From an uncultured bacterium (GTDB taxonomy: Bacteria > CAYUVA01): a DNA stretch of 24,750 bases. Shown here piece after piece: positions 1-8,684 of this stretch. Both the position numbers and the translations under genes were made by a program. The notes beneath the pieces are model-generated. The model was given only the letters and a program-made list of their open reading frames with translations. It did no database searches and was not told where the DNA came from. Within the stretch, counting starts at the first letter, position 1. Each line of letters opens with the position of its first letter. The stretch covers positions 62,001 to 86,750 of the forward strand of contig CAYUVA010000014.1 in the NCBI GenBank assembly GCA_964448115.1, in the 5' to 3' direction.

Positions 1-81
1 AAAAGAAACCGAGCAATCCTCATCGCTGACTGATAAGTGATCGCCTGGCAAATCTTACCCGCTATCGCAATGCATTAGCTA

Positions 82-1359
82 ATGATAAGATCCCTGCTTG
101 TATCGACTGTAATATTACTTTTCGCCCCTTCAATAGTTTATGCCGATATATTACCCGCCGAGGCAAGGCGTATCCTGGGCGCTGACCTGATACATCTGCA
201 AGGCTATGAATTGAGCCGCAAGTATCTTTACAACCGCGATATCTTCAGGGTATCGGTCGAGCTGGGAGGCTTCAAGATAGGCGAAGAGCCACATTATTGC
301 TATCTGAGTCTCAGTGGCGCCGATGATAAGCTGCAGATCAAGCAACGGATAACCTGGGATCATGAAAGCAGCCAGGGCTTATTATTTAGCAAGGAGAATT
401 TCATCATAACCATCCCTGAACACTTCCAGGAGGGGACTTATAATATATACCTGGGCATCTCTGGCAGCGATGAGAATAAAAGACCAACCCACGCCATAGT
501 CATTGACCAGGTCATCATACATACTAAAAGCGGGTTGCTCGAATCGGGACGCTTCAATCTCGCAAATGGAAATTGCGAACTAGCGCTAAGAGGGATACTG
601 GGATTCGCAGACATAAGTGAAGCGCGGGATAGCCAGATCCTGTATAAGCTGGCAAGAGACCTGCGAGAGAAAGATCGCCGCTGTGGAGATGATGTGCATT
701 GCATCGCCTCCTTATTAGAGGGGATTAGCGAATACCATAAAGGCAATTACGAGCCTGCAATATCCATGCTCAAAAAGGCTGGTGAATCAGGTTATGCTGA
801 AAAGATCCCCTGCCTGGAATACTGGCTTGGCTTGGCGCTTTTGAAAAAAGGCGATATGTTGTTAGCTGTAAGACATCTGCGCAAGGCATTGCGCCGGCGT
901 GCAATGGACATGCGGATCTACCATGCCCTGCACAGTTGCCTGATCGAGCTGGGGGAAGTGGAAGAAGCCAACTCGCTACTCAACAAGGCTTATGTAAGGT
1001 GCAGCCGAAGCTATCTCCCCTCGATGTTACTGGGAGCTGAAAGGGGTCTCCTGGAAAGGACTGGTACAGCCTTTATCGATCTCCCTCTAATGAGCGGCGA
1101 GGTTCAGATCGAGGTCATCGCAAGCGGAAGTTTATTAGCCGGCGAATGGCCGAAGATGACCTTTTACCTGGAGGGAAGCCCCAAGGCCCACTATCTGGTC
1201 GCCTCTGAGCAACCGCTTCGCTATGTACACTCGGTTATGGTAGAAAGATCTGGCGTGCATCGCCTTTTCATCAGCCTAGACAATGGCTTAAAAAAAGGCG
1301 AGCTATATAGAAGCATAAAGATACTGGGGATTAATATAAAACAGGGTGCTGCATCTTAA
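82..1359 (+). CDS. Secreted hypothetical protein with a TPR region and a probable C-terminal carbohydrate-binding (CBM60-like) beta domain
   Basis: 425 aa ORF with signal peptide (MIRSLLVSTVILLFAPSIVYA/D). N-terminal Ig-like segment (LQGYEL...IPEHFQEGTYNIYLGI). TPR-like helices (LEGISEYHKGNYEPAISMLKKA, YWLGLALLKKGDMLLAVRHLRKAL). C-terminal IEVIASGSLLAGEWPKMTFYLEG resembles Ca-dependent carbohydrate-binding modules. Confidence 0.6.
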   Translation: MIRSLLVSTVILLFAPSIVYADILPAEARRILGADLIHLQGYELSRKYLYNRDIFRVSVELGGFKIGEEPHYCYLSLSGADDKLQIKQRITWDHESSQGLLFSKENFIITIPEHFQEGTYNIYLGISGSDENKRPTHAIVIDQVIIHTKSGLLESGRFNLANGNCELALRGILGFADISEARDSQILYKLARDLREKDRRCGDDVHCIASLLEGISEYHKGNYEPAISMLKKAGESGYAEKIPCLEYWLGLALLKKGDMLLAVRHLRKALRRRAMDMRIYHALHSCLIELGEVEEANSLLNKAYVRCSRSYLPSMLLGAERGLLERTGTAFIDLPLMSGEVQIEVIASGSLLAGEWPKMTFYLEGSPKAHYLVASEQPLRYVHSVMVERSGVHRLFISLDNGLKKGELYRSIKILGINIKQGAAS

Positions 1360-1410
1360 GTTGAATAATGGTATAAATAAGTATGTTAGGTATTGCGATA
1401 AAAAATCGTC

Positions 1411-1451
1411 TTGACAAACCAGGTAGGCTTTGTTACCTTTCAGCAAGGTAA
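1411..1451 (+). promoter_or_regulatory. Sigma70-type promoter for pilMNOPQ with an overlapping inverted repeat
   Basis: TTGACA (1411-1416), 17-nt spacer, TACCTT (1434-1439) preceded by TG at 1431-1432 (extended -10). Inverted repeat TTACCTT/AAGGTAA at 1433-1439/1445-1451. Confidence 0.6.
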
Positions 1452-1506
1452 TTAGTGATTATAATTAGCAGTAATATCGAACAACCTTAAGGATAGGGAT
1501 AGTTGG

Positions 1507-2574
1507 ATGCCACTGTTGGGGAGTCGGCAGATACTAGGTCTTGACATCGGGTCCTCCTCTGTAAAAGCGATGGTGCTCAGAGGGGGCAAGGGTGGATATA
1601 CCATGCAAAGCTTTGGTATCGAGCACCTTCCTCCGGAGGTTATTGTCGATCAAGAGATCATGGACAGCACGGTCATCGTGGAAGCGATCCAGAAGATCCT
1701 CAAAACCCAAAAGATCAAGCTAAAAGATGTGGCAACCTCGCTTTCTGGGCATTCGGTCATAGTTAAGAAGATCCCCCTGCCCAAGATGAGCGCCGAGGAG
1801 CTTGCCGAGTCGATCCAATGGGAAGCAGAGCAGTACATACCCTTCGATATTGAGGAGGTGAACCTGGACTTCCAGATCCTGGAGGATATCGAGGGCGAGG
1901 ATGCAACCAACATGAATGTTGTCATCGTTGCCGTCAAGAAGAACAAGATCGATGATATAGTGAACCTTCTGACCCAGGCTAACCTCAATCCAGCCGTGGT
2001 GGATATAGACAGCTTTGCCTTGCAAAATCAGTACGAGATAAATTACGGGATCGAGTCGGACTCGGTAATCGCCTTGATAAATATCGGCGCTTCGATCATG
2101 AACATCAATATAATCAACAGCGGCATCCATGTGATGCAAAGGGATATCTCCTTGGGGGGTAATCAATACACCGATGCAATCCAGAAGGAACTCGATGTCA
2201 ACTATAACCACGCCGAGGGACTGAAGATGGGGGAGGAAGTGAAGGGCATCGATCCCAAAAGCGTTGACGGGATAATTCGCTCGGTCAACGAGGATATAAC
2301 CCTCGAGATCCAGCGCAGCTTTGATTACTTCCGATCCATCTCCGATAACGAAAAGATAGATAAGATCGTTCTTACCGGGGGAAGCTCGAAGATAAAAGGG
2401 CTTGATTCATACCTCTTCGAGCGCCTGGGAATCAATGTGGAGTTCGGAGATCCCTTCAAGAACATTCGATACAACGAGAAGAAGTTCGATCCCGAATTCA
2501 TCAGGGAGATCGCTCCCCATTGCGCTATTGTTGCCGGATTAGCAATAAGGAGACCTGGAGATAAGTATAAATGA
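1507..2574 (+). CDS. pilM: Type IV pilus assembly protein PilM (FtsA/actin-like)
   Basis: 355 aa. Motifs GLDIGSSSVK, VIVKKIPLP, WEAEQYIPFDIEEVNLDF, INIGAS, GGNQYT, EIQRSFDYF, IVLTGGSS, AGLAIR. First gene of the pilMNOPQ order. Confidence 0.96.
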   Translation: MPLLGSRQILGLDIGSSSVKAMVLRGGKGGYTMQSFGIEHLPPEVIVDQEIMDSTVIVEAIQKILKTQKIKLKDVATSLSGHSVIVKKIPLPKMSAEELAESIQWEAEQYIPFDIEEVNLDFQILEDIEGEDATNMNVVIVAVKKNKIDDIVNLLTQANLNPAVVDIDSFALQNQYEINYGIESDSVIALINIGASIMNINIINSGIHVMQRDISLGGNQYTDAIQKELDVNYNHAEGLKMGEEVKGIDPKSVDGIIRSVNEDITLEIQRSFDYFRSISDNEKIDKIVLTGGSSKIKGLDSYLFERLGINVEFGDPFKNIRYNEKKFDPEFIREIAPHCAIVAGLAIRRPGDKYK

Positions 2575-3116
2575 TCAAAATTAACCTGCTGCCAACCCCT
2601 CCGCCACCGCCGACCAAGGTTTATACACAGATCGCACTGGCAGCAGTGGCAATTATCGTAGCCCTCTCGGTCGAGGGCTGGTGGTGGAGCAGGCTCAATG
2701 CTGATATTGCCGAGAAAAAGGACATAATCACCCGCAAGAAGCGTCAACTCGAAGAGCTTCAGGCAATCATCCGCGAGGTAAATAAGTACGAGGAGAAGCG
2801 CAGGCTACTATTAAAAAAGCTGGAGGTCATCGATCGACTCAGGCACATGCAGAAGGTTCCGGTAAAGCTGCTCATGGGGCTTTTAAGCACGCTTCCCGAT
2901 CAGGTATGGCTGGATAGCTTCTCGGTGGCACAAGGGATAATCAGGATGCGCGGATATGGACTATCGCTTACTGCCATAGGTAACTTTCTCACCGCCCTGG
3001 AGGACTCGCCGTACTTTAAAAATATCGAGTTACAATCCTCGGTCAAACAAAAGTTCGCCGGCAGGGATGTCTATTTCTTCGAGTTAACCTCAAACCTGGA
3101 TATCTCGCAGATGTAA
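2571..3116 (+). CDS. pilN: Type IV pilus assembly protein PilN
   Basis: N-terminal MIKINLLP PilM-binding motif, single TM helix, coiled coil, LPDQVWLDS and FLTALEDSPYFKNIEL. Start overlaps the pilM stop region. Confidence 0.93.
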   Translation: MIKINLLPTPPPPPTKVYTQIALAAVAIIVALSVEGWWWSRLNADIAEKKDIITRKKRQLEELQAIIREVNKYEEKRRLLLKKLEVIDRLRHMQKVPVKLLMGLLSTLPDQVWLDSFSVAQGIIRMRGYGLSLTAIGNFLTALEDSPYFKNIELQSSVKQKFAGRDVYFFELTSNLDISQM

Positions 3117-3138
3117 TGAGTTTTATAATAATTGAACG

Positions 3139-3714
3139 ATGAAAAAGTATATAGACCAGATCGATGCGTTACCGGATTGGCAGAAGATGACCGCTGTGGG
3201 GCTGGTGATCCTGCTGACCGTGGCGCTTTTTTATTTCCTTGTTTACGATCCCAAGTCAAAAGAGATAGAGGGTCTCAAGAAGGAGATCATCCAGCTAGAT
3301 GCTCAGATCAACAAGGGTCTTGCCATGAAGGACAAGCAACGGCAATTGGAGAAAGAGGTAGCCATGCTCAACGAACAGTTGAAGCTGACCGTGGATATCC
3401 TGCCGGATAGAACCGCCATGGATCAATTGGTTCGTTCCATAGAAAGCCTGGCTGTCGAGTGCGGGCTTACCGTCGATGCCTTCAAGCCGAGACCAGAGAT
3501 ATCACTCGATTTTTACGGCGAGAAACCGGTCGAACTGGCATTGACCGGCGGATTCCACGAGCTGGGAAAATTCTTCGAGAAGCTGGCTAATGAATCGCGA
3601 ATCGTCAATATCAGCTCGCTGCGCATCCAGGCGACCAGGCAAGTTGATCCATCCATAACCGTTAATATAGGCTCCAAGGCGTTTTGGTTCCTCAAGGAAA
3701 CTACCGCGCCATAA
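3139..3714 (+). CDS. pilO: Type IV pilus assembly protein PilO
   Basis: N-terminal TM helix, coiled coil, ILP, FYGEKPVEL, GGFHELGKFFEKLANESRIVNI. Lies after pilN. Confidence 0.93.
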   Translation: MKKYIDQIDALPDWQKMTAVGLVILLTVALFYFLVYDPKSKEIEGLKKEIIQLDAQINKGLAMKDKQRQLEKEVAMLNEQLKLTVDILPDRTAMDQLVRSIESLAVECGLTVDAFKPRPEISLDFYGEKPVELALTGGFHELGKFFEKLANESRIVNISSLRIQATRQVDPSITVNIGSKAFWFLKETTAP

Positions 3715-3732
3715 AAAATAAAATAAGGTGTA

Positions 3733-4308
3733 ATGGCTTTGAAATTTAGGGAGATGTTTTCCAGGTTCGGTCGCATGAGGAGAAACGATATGGCTAGGAG
3801 TGCTACATTCCTGGCACTGGCTGCCCTGCTGATCATAACACCCTGCCTTGTACTGATTCAGCAAGCAAGAGCACAAACTGGAGACACAGGCAAGGAAATA
3901 GAGACCGCTGAGCAGGCAAAAAAAGCGCTACAGGAAATCGTAAAAGCAAAGGATATGATAAAATACGACTCCAAGGAAATGAGAGATCCCTTTATTTCAT
4001 TGCTCTTGGGAGTCAAGAACGAGGAAGGACCGATTCGCCCACCCGGCCTTGCCGGAATGACCATCGCAGAGCTAAAACTGGAAGGGATCTGGAGAAGCCC
4101 ACTCATGGGGGGTAATATCGCATTCATCTTGGGTTCCGATAAGAAATCATATAGAATGCAAGTAGGAGATAAATGTTATGATGGGAAGGTTATACAGATC
4201 GACCAGGAATGCATCGCCTTCGAGAAGCCGATGTTCGATCCATTTGGTAATCCGAAACCACCAAAAATCATAAAAAAGTGCATAAAACCTTTTAAAGGAG
4301 GCTCATAG
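3733..4308 (+). CDS. pilP: Type IV pilus assembly protein PilP (start may be a downstream ATG)
   Basis: YDSKEMRDPFISL (RDPF motif), ELKLEGIW, AFILGSDKKSYRMQVGD, DGKVIQI. Lies between pilO and pilQ. Confidence 0.85.
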   Translation: MALKFREMFSRFGRMRRNDMARSATFLALAALLIITPCLVLIQQARAQTGDTGKEIETAEQAKKALQEIVKAKDMIKYDSKEMRDPFISLLLGVKNEEGPIRPPGLAGMTIAELKLEGIWRSPLMGGNIAFILGSDKKSYRMQVGDKCYDGKVIQIDQECIAFEKPMFDPFGNPKPPKIIKKCIKPFKGGS

Positions 4309-6405
4309 ATGAAGCTTAATCATAGGTCTTTAGTCATCATTGTTATATTCCTTGGAGTGCTGGTAGGAGGGTGCTCGAAGCAGCCCATAAATAGCGCTGC
4401 CCAACAGGCGCTCCCTACTATTGAAAATATAAACATTAGCAAGGAGGATAGCGGGCTTAAGATCAATATTATAAGCTCGCAACCCAATTTTACCTATACA
4501 GCATATAAGCTCACCGAGCCACTCCGGCTTGCTATTGATATCCCGAATGTCCTAGCCTCCCCAAACCTGACGGAGAAACTGTTCACCCAAGATCCCATCT
4601 TGCGCATAAAGCCGACAACTTATGGCGAGAACCATAGCAACCTGCGCGTAGAGCTTCTGCTTAGCCAGGATATGCCATACTCGATACAAAAGGTCGCCAA
4701 TACGGTAAGTATCGCCTTCAATAATAGAAATGAGGATGCTCAAGCCCCGGAAGGTAACCTGGTCGCCAGCCTGGCGGATACACAGACAGAACCCGAAAGG
4801 GAAACCCCCGCAACCGACAGAGAAACGAGGAACTTCCCGCAACCGGGAAACGAGACACAAGAAACCAGAAACAAGGAACATCCTAAGGCAGATGATATCA
4901 TAAGGATTACCAATGCCAATGTTGCAAGCAAAGCAAAGAAAATGGAGCCACTGGAGGCAGCCGAGCTTGTCGCCCAGGCAAGCGAACAACAACCGAGCCA
5001 AACAGCGACCCAGCAAGCAACACAAGCACCTAAATCAACCAAGCAAGAAGCTCCCCAATCCTGGGATCAGTACCTCAAAGGGCTGGAAGCGATGCAGGAG
5101 ACCACCGATGATGGCACCCCCATCTATCGCGGAGCTCCGATCAGCATCGACATAAAGGATGGAGATATACTCGATATCCTGCGCCATATCGGAGCAATAT
5201 CCGGCTTCAATGTGGTGGTGGATCCTGAAGTCAGGGGCACTGTTACATTGCACCTGGAGAATGTACCCTGGGATCAGGTGCTCGATATAATCCTCAAGAA
5301 CAACGGCTTGGGCAAGGAGTTCCAGGGTAATGTCATGCGCATAGCCACCATGGACAAGCTCAGGCGAGAGGAAGAAGCCAGGAAGCTGCTCCGCGAGGCA
5401 CAGATCGATGCCGCCCCGCTGCACACCAGGGTCGTTTACCTGAGCTACGCTGATGCCGGATCCATGAAAACGCTGCTGGAGAAGAACCTCTCAAGGCGTG
5501 GGCACATGACGGTAGATAACAGAACCAATTCAGTAATCATTACCGATTTGTACGACCATGTGGAAAAGATCGAGAAATTCATCCGCATCCTGGATAAAAG
5601 GACAAAACAGGTCTCCATCAACGCCAGGTACGTTACCGCCACCAAGAGCTTCTCTCGCTCGTTGGGTATAAACTGGGGCTTCAACCAGATAGCGGATGCA
5701 GCACATGGCAATACGACCAAGTATGCCTTCCCATATACATACGACGCCACCGGTGCGGTCAACCTGATTGACTTCACTGCCCCTGGCGAGCTTGCTTTGG
5801 ATTTTGGCGATATCCTCGATACCTTCAAGCTGGAGGTAAGGCTGGCGCTCTCCGAGGCGGAGGGTACTGCCAAGACGATCTCTAATCCACGGGTTACAAC
5901 TGCTGACAATGTGGCAGCTAACATCACCAGCGGAGTCGAGGTGCCTTACGCTGTTCCCGGTACCGCCACAGTCGGTACCCAAGCTGGTGAGACCGGCGCC
6001 GGTACCTCCATCACCGGGCAGGTAACCACCTTCTGGGAGTTCAGGCGCGCGGACATCTCGCTAAATGTTACACCTCACATCACAAATGATTACTTCGTTG
6101 ATATGAAGATTGCGGTCTCCAACAACACAGTCGATGATTCATTCACTCCCCCACGCATCAATACAGCCACCGCTACCGCACAGGTGCTGGTCGAGGATGG
6201 AGACACCTTCGTGATCGGCAGCTTCAAGCAGACAACTTCAGGTGTTTCATCCATGAAGGTGCCCTGGTTCCACAAGATACCCATTGTCGGACTGTTGTTC
6301 AAAAACAGCAAGCGCTCCAACAAGTTCACCGACCTTCTGATATTCCTCACGCCAACGGTTATAAAACAGAAAGAAAGAACCATCAAAAAAACGATCATAG
6401 AATAA
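4309..6405 (+). CDS. pilQ: Type IV pilus secretin PilQ with an N-terminal AMIN domain
   Basis: Lipobox LVGGC; AMIN-like YKLTEPLRLAIDIP; Q/E/T/P-rich linker; YRGAPISIDIKDGDI and LENVPWDQVLDIILK; N3 domain (YLSYADA, VDNRTNSVII); secretin domain (KQVSINAR, ISNPRVTT, LNVTPHIT, KVPWFHKIPIVGLLFK, LLIFLTPTVI). Confidence 0.96.
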   Translation: MKLNHRSLVIIVIFLGVLVGGCSKQPINSAAQQALPTIENINISKEDSGLKINIISSQPNFTYTAYKLTEPLRLAIDIPNVLASPNLTEKLFTQDPILRIKPTTYGENHSNLRVELLLSQDMPYSIQKVANTVSIAFNNRNEDAQAPEGNLVASLADTQTEPERETPATDRETRNFPQPGNETQETRNKEHPKADDIIRITNANVASKAKKMEPLEAAELVAQASEQQPSQTATQQATQAPKSTKQEAPQSWDQYLKGLEAMQETTDDGTPIYRGAPISIDIKDGDILDILRHIGAISGFNVVVDPEVRGTVTLHLENVPWDQVLDIILKNNGLGKEFQGNVMRIATMDKLRREEEARKLLREAQIDAAPLHTRVVYLSYADAGSMKTLLEKNLSRRGHMTVDNRTNSVIITDLYDHVEKIEKFIRILDKRTKQVSINARYVTATKSFSRSLGINWGFNQIADAAHGNTTKYAFPYTYDATGAVNLIDFTAPGELALDFGDILDTFKLEVRLALSEAEGTAKTISNPRVTTADNVAANITSGVEVPYAVPGTATVGTQAGETGAGTSITGQVTTFWEFRRADISLNVTPHITNDYFVDMKIAVSNNTVDDSFTPPRINTATATAQVLVEDGDTFVIGSFKQTTSGVSSMKVPWFHKIPIVGLLFKNSKRSNKFTDLLIFLTPTVIKQKERTIKKTIIE

Positions 6406-6458
6406 TAAGGAGTAAATAATGCTTTGGGCTAGTTAGCCCTAAGGAAAGGAGATATAGA

Positions 6459-6998
6459 ATGAAAAGGCTAGTTATCCTGCTTGGAGTTATATTCGGGCTT
6501 GTAAATATCTATGGCTGCACCAGCATCGACGGTATCTCAGATACCGAATCGCCGGTGTACCTGACACTTGATATAGATAATGCTTATTCTTGCTCTGTTG
6601 ATACTGGCGATGGTTGCCAGATTACCGGCACCATATACAATTATCCAAAGGCTCCTCTTGATGAACCTACTCCACTGATGGATGTAATCATAAGACATAT
6701 ATATGTTGATTTTAAGCGCGCAGATTCAAATGAGGGAGGTACACTGGTACCGCCTTCCCAACACTGGGAGGTTACATGGAATATTCCGGTCGATGAGTCC
6801 ATCGACTTCGAGTTCAATGGACTATTGAACGATGCGGACATTCCACCATTGGAATATCTGAAAAGCACTTCTTATGACTACGACCCGGAGACGGGTAATA
6901 CATACATCGATTGCCTGGTTCGCTTCACCTTCGTGGGGCAAGACAGGGCAGGGAACGATGTTTCCTGTAGCGGCATCGTGAGCGTAATCTTCTATTAG
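6459..6998 (+). CDS. Hypothetical acidic lipoprotein downstream of pilQ
   Basis: 179 aa, RBS AAGGAGA upstream, lipobox-like NIYGC. Beta-strand-rich, with four further Cys and C-terminal FTFVGQDRAGNDVS. Confidence 0.75.
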   Translation: MKRLVILLGVIFGLVNIYGCTSIDGISDTESPVYLTLDIDNAYSCSVDTGDGCQITGTIYNYPKAPLDEPTPLMDVIIRHIYVDFKRADSNEGGTLVPPSQHWEVTWNIPVDESIDFEFNGLLNDADIPPLEYLKSTSYDYDPETGNTYIDCLVRFTFVGQDRAGNDVSCSGIVSVIFY

Positions 6999-7009
6999 CA
7001 AGGAGGCTA

Positions 7010-8434
7010 ATGATGATCATAAAAAGAGCTGATTATAAAAGATTCCTGGTGCTAGCCCTCATGGGCATTGCTATAATTATAGGCTACTCATGCGACCTGG
7101 ATAGCGACAAGGGATACAAGGGACCCTGGGAAGATCCCGGACACGACCCAAACTTCGTGATATCATTGTCAGCCAGCCCCAATGTAATCCCCGCTGATGG
7201 TTCCTCGACTACCACCCTGACTGCCACCTTGACCGATCCCAACGGCGTCCCCATTCCGCAGCAGAGCATCTACTTCAGCGCCACCGATGGCGAGTTAAGC
7301 TCCGATACTGCTACCACCAATGCAGCCGGCAAGGCAATCGTGCAGCTAACCTCCAGCTATATACCGGGCAATAAGCTCTGTCGCGCCATGTTCGGCTCCC
7401 GCTATGCATCGACCTATGTAACCTTCGAGGGGAGCGGTCTAGATATAGAGCTACAGGTCGATCCCACCTGGACGATAGCAGACAGCTATCGCACAGTGGA
7501 ACTGGTCGCTTATGTTACCAACGGCGAAGGCTCGCCGATTCCGAATATTCCTGTCGTCTTTACAACCGACCACGGCTGCATCATCGGCGGCATCGGCGAA
7601 GAGCAGCAGTTCATCACCAACAACAATGGTCGAGCTACAGCCATTCTGCAAACAGGTTACCTGCCGACCGGGCATCTATCCTTCCCTGCCACCGTCTCCG
7701 CCCAGGTAACCCTGGAGAACAATAAGACCTACAAGGCGTACAACGAGATCGTGGTGTGGAACTGGGGGGTGGATTTCTGGTTCAAGGATGAAACCATAGA
7801 TGCCACAAGCGCAACACAGGTAATCGCAAAGGCACAATCATGGACTATTCCAATCCTGCCCATACAAAATGTTGCAGTTAGTTTTGCTGTCTCTGGTGGT
7901 GGAACAGTTATTCCAAGCACTGTCTATACAAATGAAGAAGGGGAGGCAATTGCCCGATTCGAGGGCGACGGTACCACCGGCACAGCGGGTGTTACATGTA
8001 GCATAAGCCTTACCGATTGCACTGGTTTCAGTAAAAGCTGGAGCCAGACCAAGTATATAACCCTGGGCGGAACAACAGGATTCATGGTGAATATCTCGGT
8101 TAATCCTGAGACCTTACCTGCTGATGGTGCATCTCAATCGGTCATTATAGTTCGAGTTACTGATACTGAAGGCGTACCAATTGACGATATGCTTGTCGAG
8201 TATGAATTGGATGGACAGGGTGAACTATCGGCAGATGCCGATGATTATTGCCATCCATATCCTGAGATTCCTAATGTTGGATATACTTGGGATTGTACAG
8301 AATACGGTTATTCCACTTGTACTTTGATCTCACCTTCATTATCCAAGGGCGGTCAAGCGGTGGTTTGGATAACCGTTAACCGAGAATATCGGACATATAT
8401 CATCATCACCTATACGACCCCGACAGAGGGGTAA
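7010..8434 (+). CDS. Lipoprotein with tandem bacterial Ig-like group 1 (invasin/intimin-type) domains
   Basis: RBS AAGGAGG, lipobox IGYSC. About four repeats of the Big_1 pattern: LSASPNVIPADGSSTTTLTATLTDPNGVP...TNAAGKA; VDPTWTIADSYRTVELVAYVTNGEGSP...TNNNGRA; ...TNEEGEA; VNPETLPADGASQSVIIVRVTDTEGVP. Confidence 0.85.
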   Translation: MMIIKRADYKRFLVLALMGIAIIIGYSCDLDSDKGYKGPWEDPGHDPNFVISLSASPNVIPADGSSTTTLTATLTDPNGVPIPQQSIYFSATDGELSSDTATTNAAGKAIVQLTSSYIPGNKLCRAMFGSRYASTYVTFEGSGLDIELQVDPTWTIADSYRTVELVAYVTNGEGSPIPNIPVVFTTDHGCIIGGIGEEQQFITNNNGRATAILQTGYLPTGHLSFPATVSAQVTLENNKTYKAYNEIVVWNWGVDFWFKDETIDATSATQVIAKAQSWTIPILPIQNVAVSFAVSGGGTVIPSTVYTNEEGEAIARFEGDGTTGTAGVTCSISLTDCTGFSKSWSQTKYITLGGTTGFMVNISVNPETLPADGASQSVIIVRVTDTEGVPIDDMLVEYELDGQGELSADADDYCHPYPEIPNVGYTWDCTEYGYSTCTLISPSLSKGGQAVVWITVNREYRTYIIITYTTPTEG

Positions 8435-8435
8435 T

Positions 8436-8457
8436 ACACCTGAATTTATTCGGGTGT
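8436..8457 (+). terminator. Hairpin directly after the pil operon (terminator or REP-like)
   Basis: ACACCTGAA-TTTA-TTCGGGTGT is a 9-bp stem with one G-U pair, starting 2 nt after the TAA of the Ig-domain gene. The U-tract is weak. Confidence 0.5.
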
Positions 8458-8461
8458 TGCT

Positions 8462-8630
8462 TGTAGGGGCGAATAATTACCCGCTACAGGCCCTCTCCCC
8501 CAGCCCACTCCTAGAGTGAGGGAGCTTCTACCCCTCTCCCGCTGGAGTTTGTCTCAAAATGTCCAAGAAGTCCCATACCTTGTCATTGCGAGCGACTTCG
8601 CTCCATTATGTCGCACTACACAGGATGACA
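8462..8630. repeat. Cluster of degenerate REP-like palindromic elements
   Basis: TGTAGGGGCGAATAATTACCCGCTACA (8462-8488, GTAG...CTAC type); CCCTCTCCCCCAGCCC...CCCCTCTCCCGC (8491-8542); TGTCATTGCGAGCGAC...GTCGC...ATGACA (8581-8630). Confidence 0.5.
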
Positions 8631-8660
8631 GGAGGTATTGGTTGCGGCCACGCTACTTTC

Positions 8661-8684
8661 AACTGTTGCGACGCCGCAACAGTT
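8661..8684. repeat. Perfect 10-bp inverted repeat
   Basis: AACTGTTGCG-ACGC-CGCAACAGTT. Confidence 0.8.

Noticed and set aside
2-40. Possible 3' end of an upstream CDS (KETEQSSSLTDK*)
   Set aside because: Too short to support from this window.
4720-5060. Q/T/E/P-rich stretch in pilQ as a repeat element or insertion
   Set aside because: In frame and low-complexity with no exact DNA repeats, consistent with the ordinary flexible linker between the AMIN and N0 domains.
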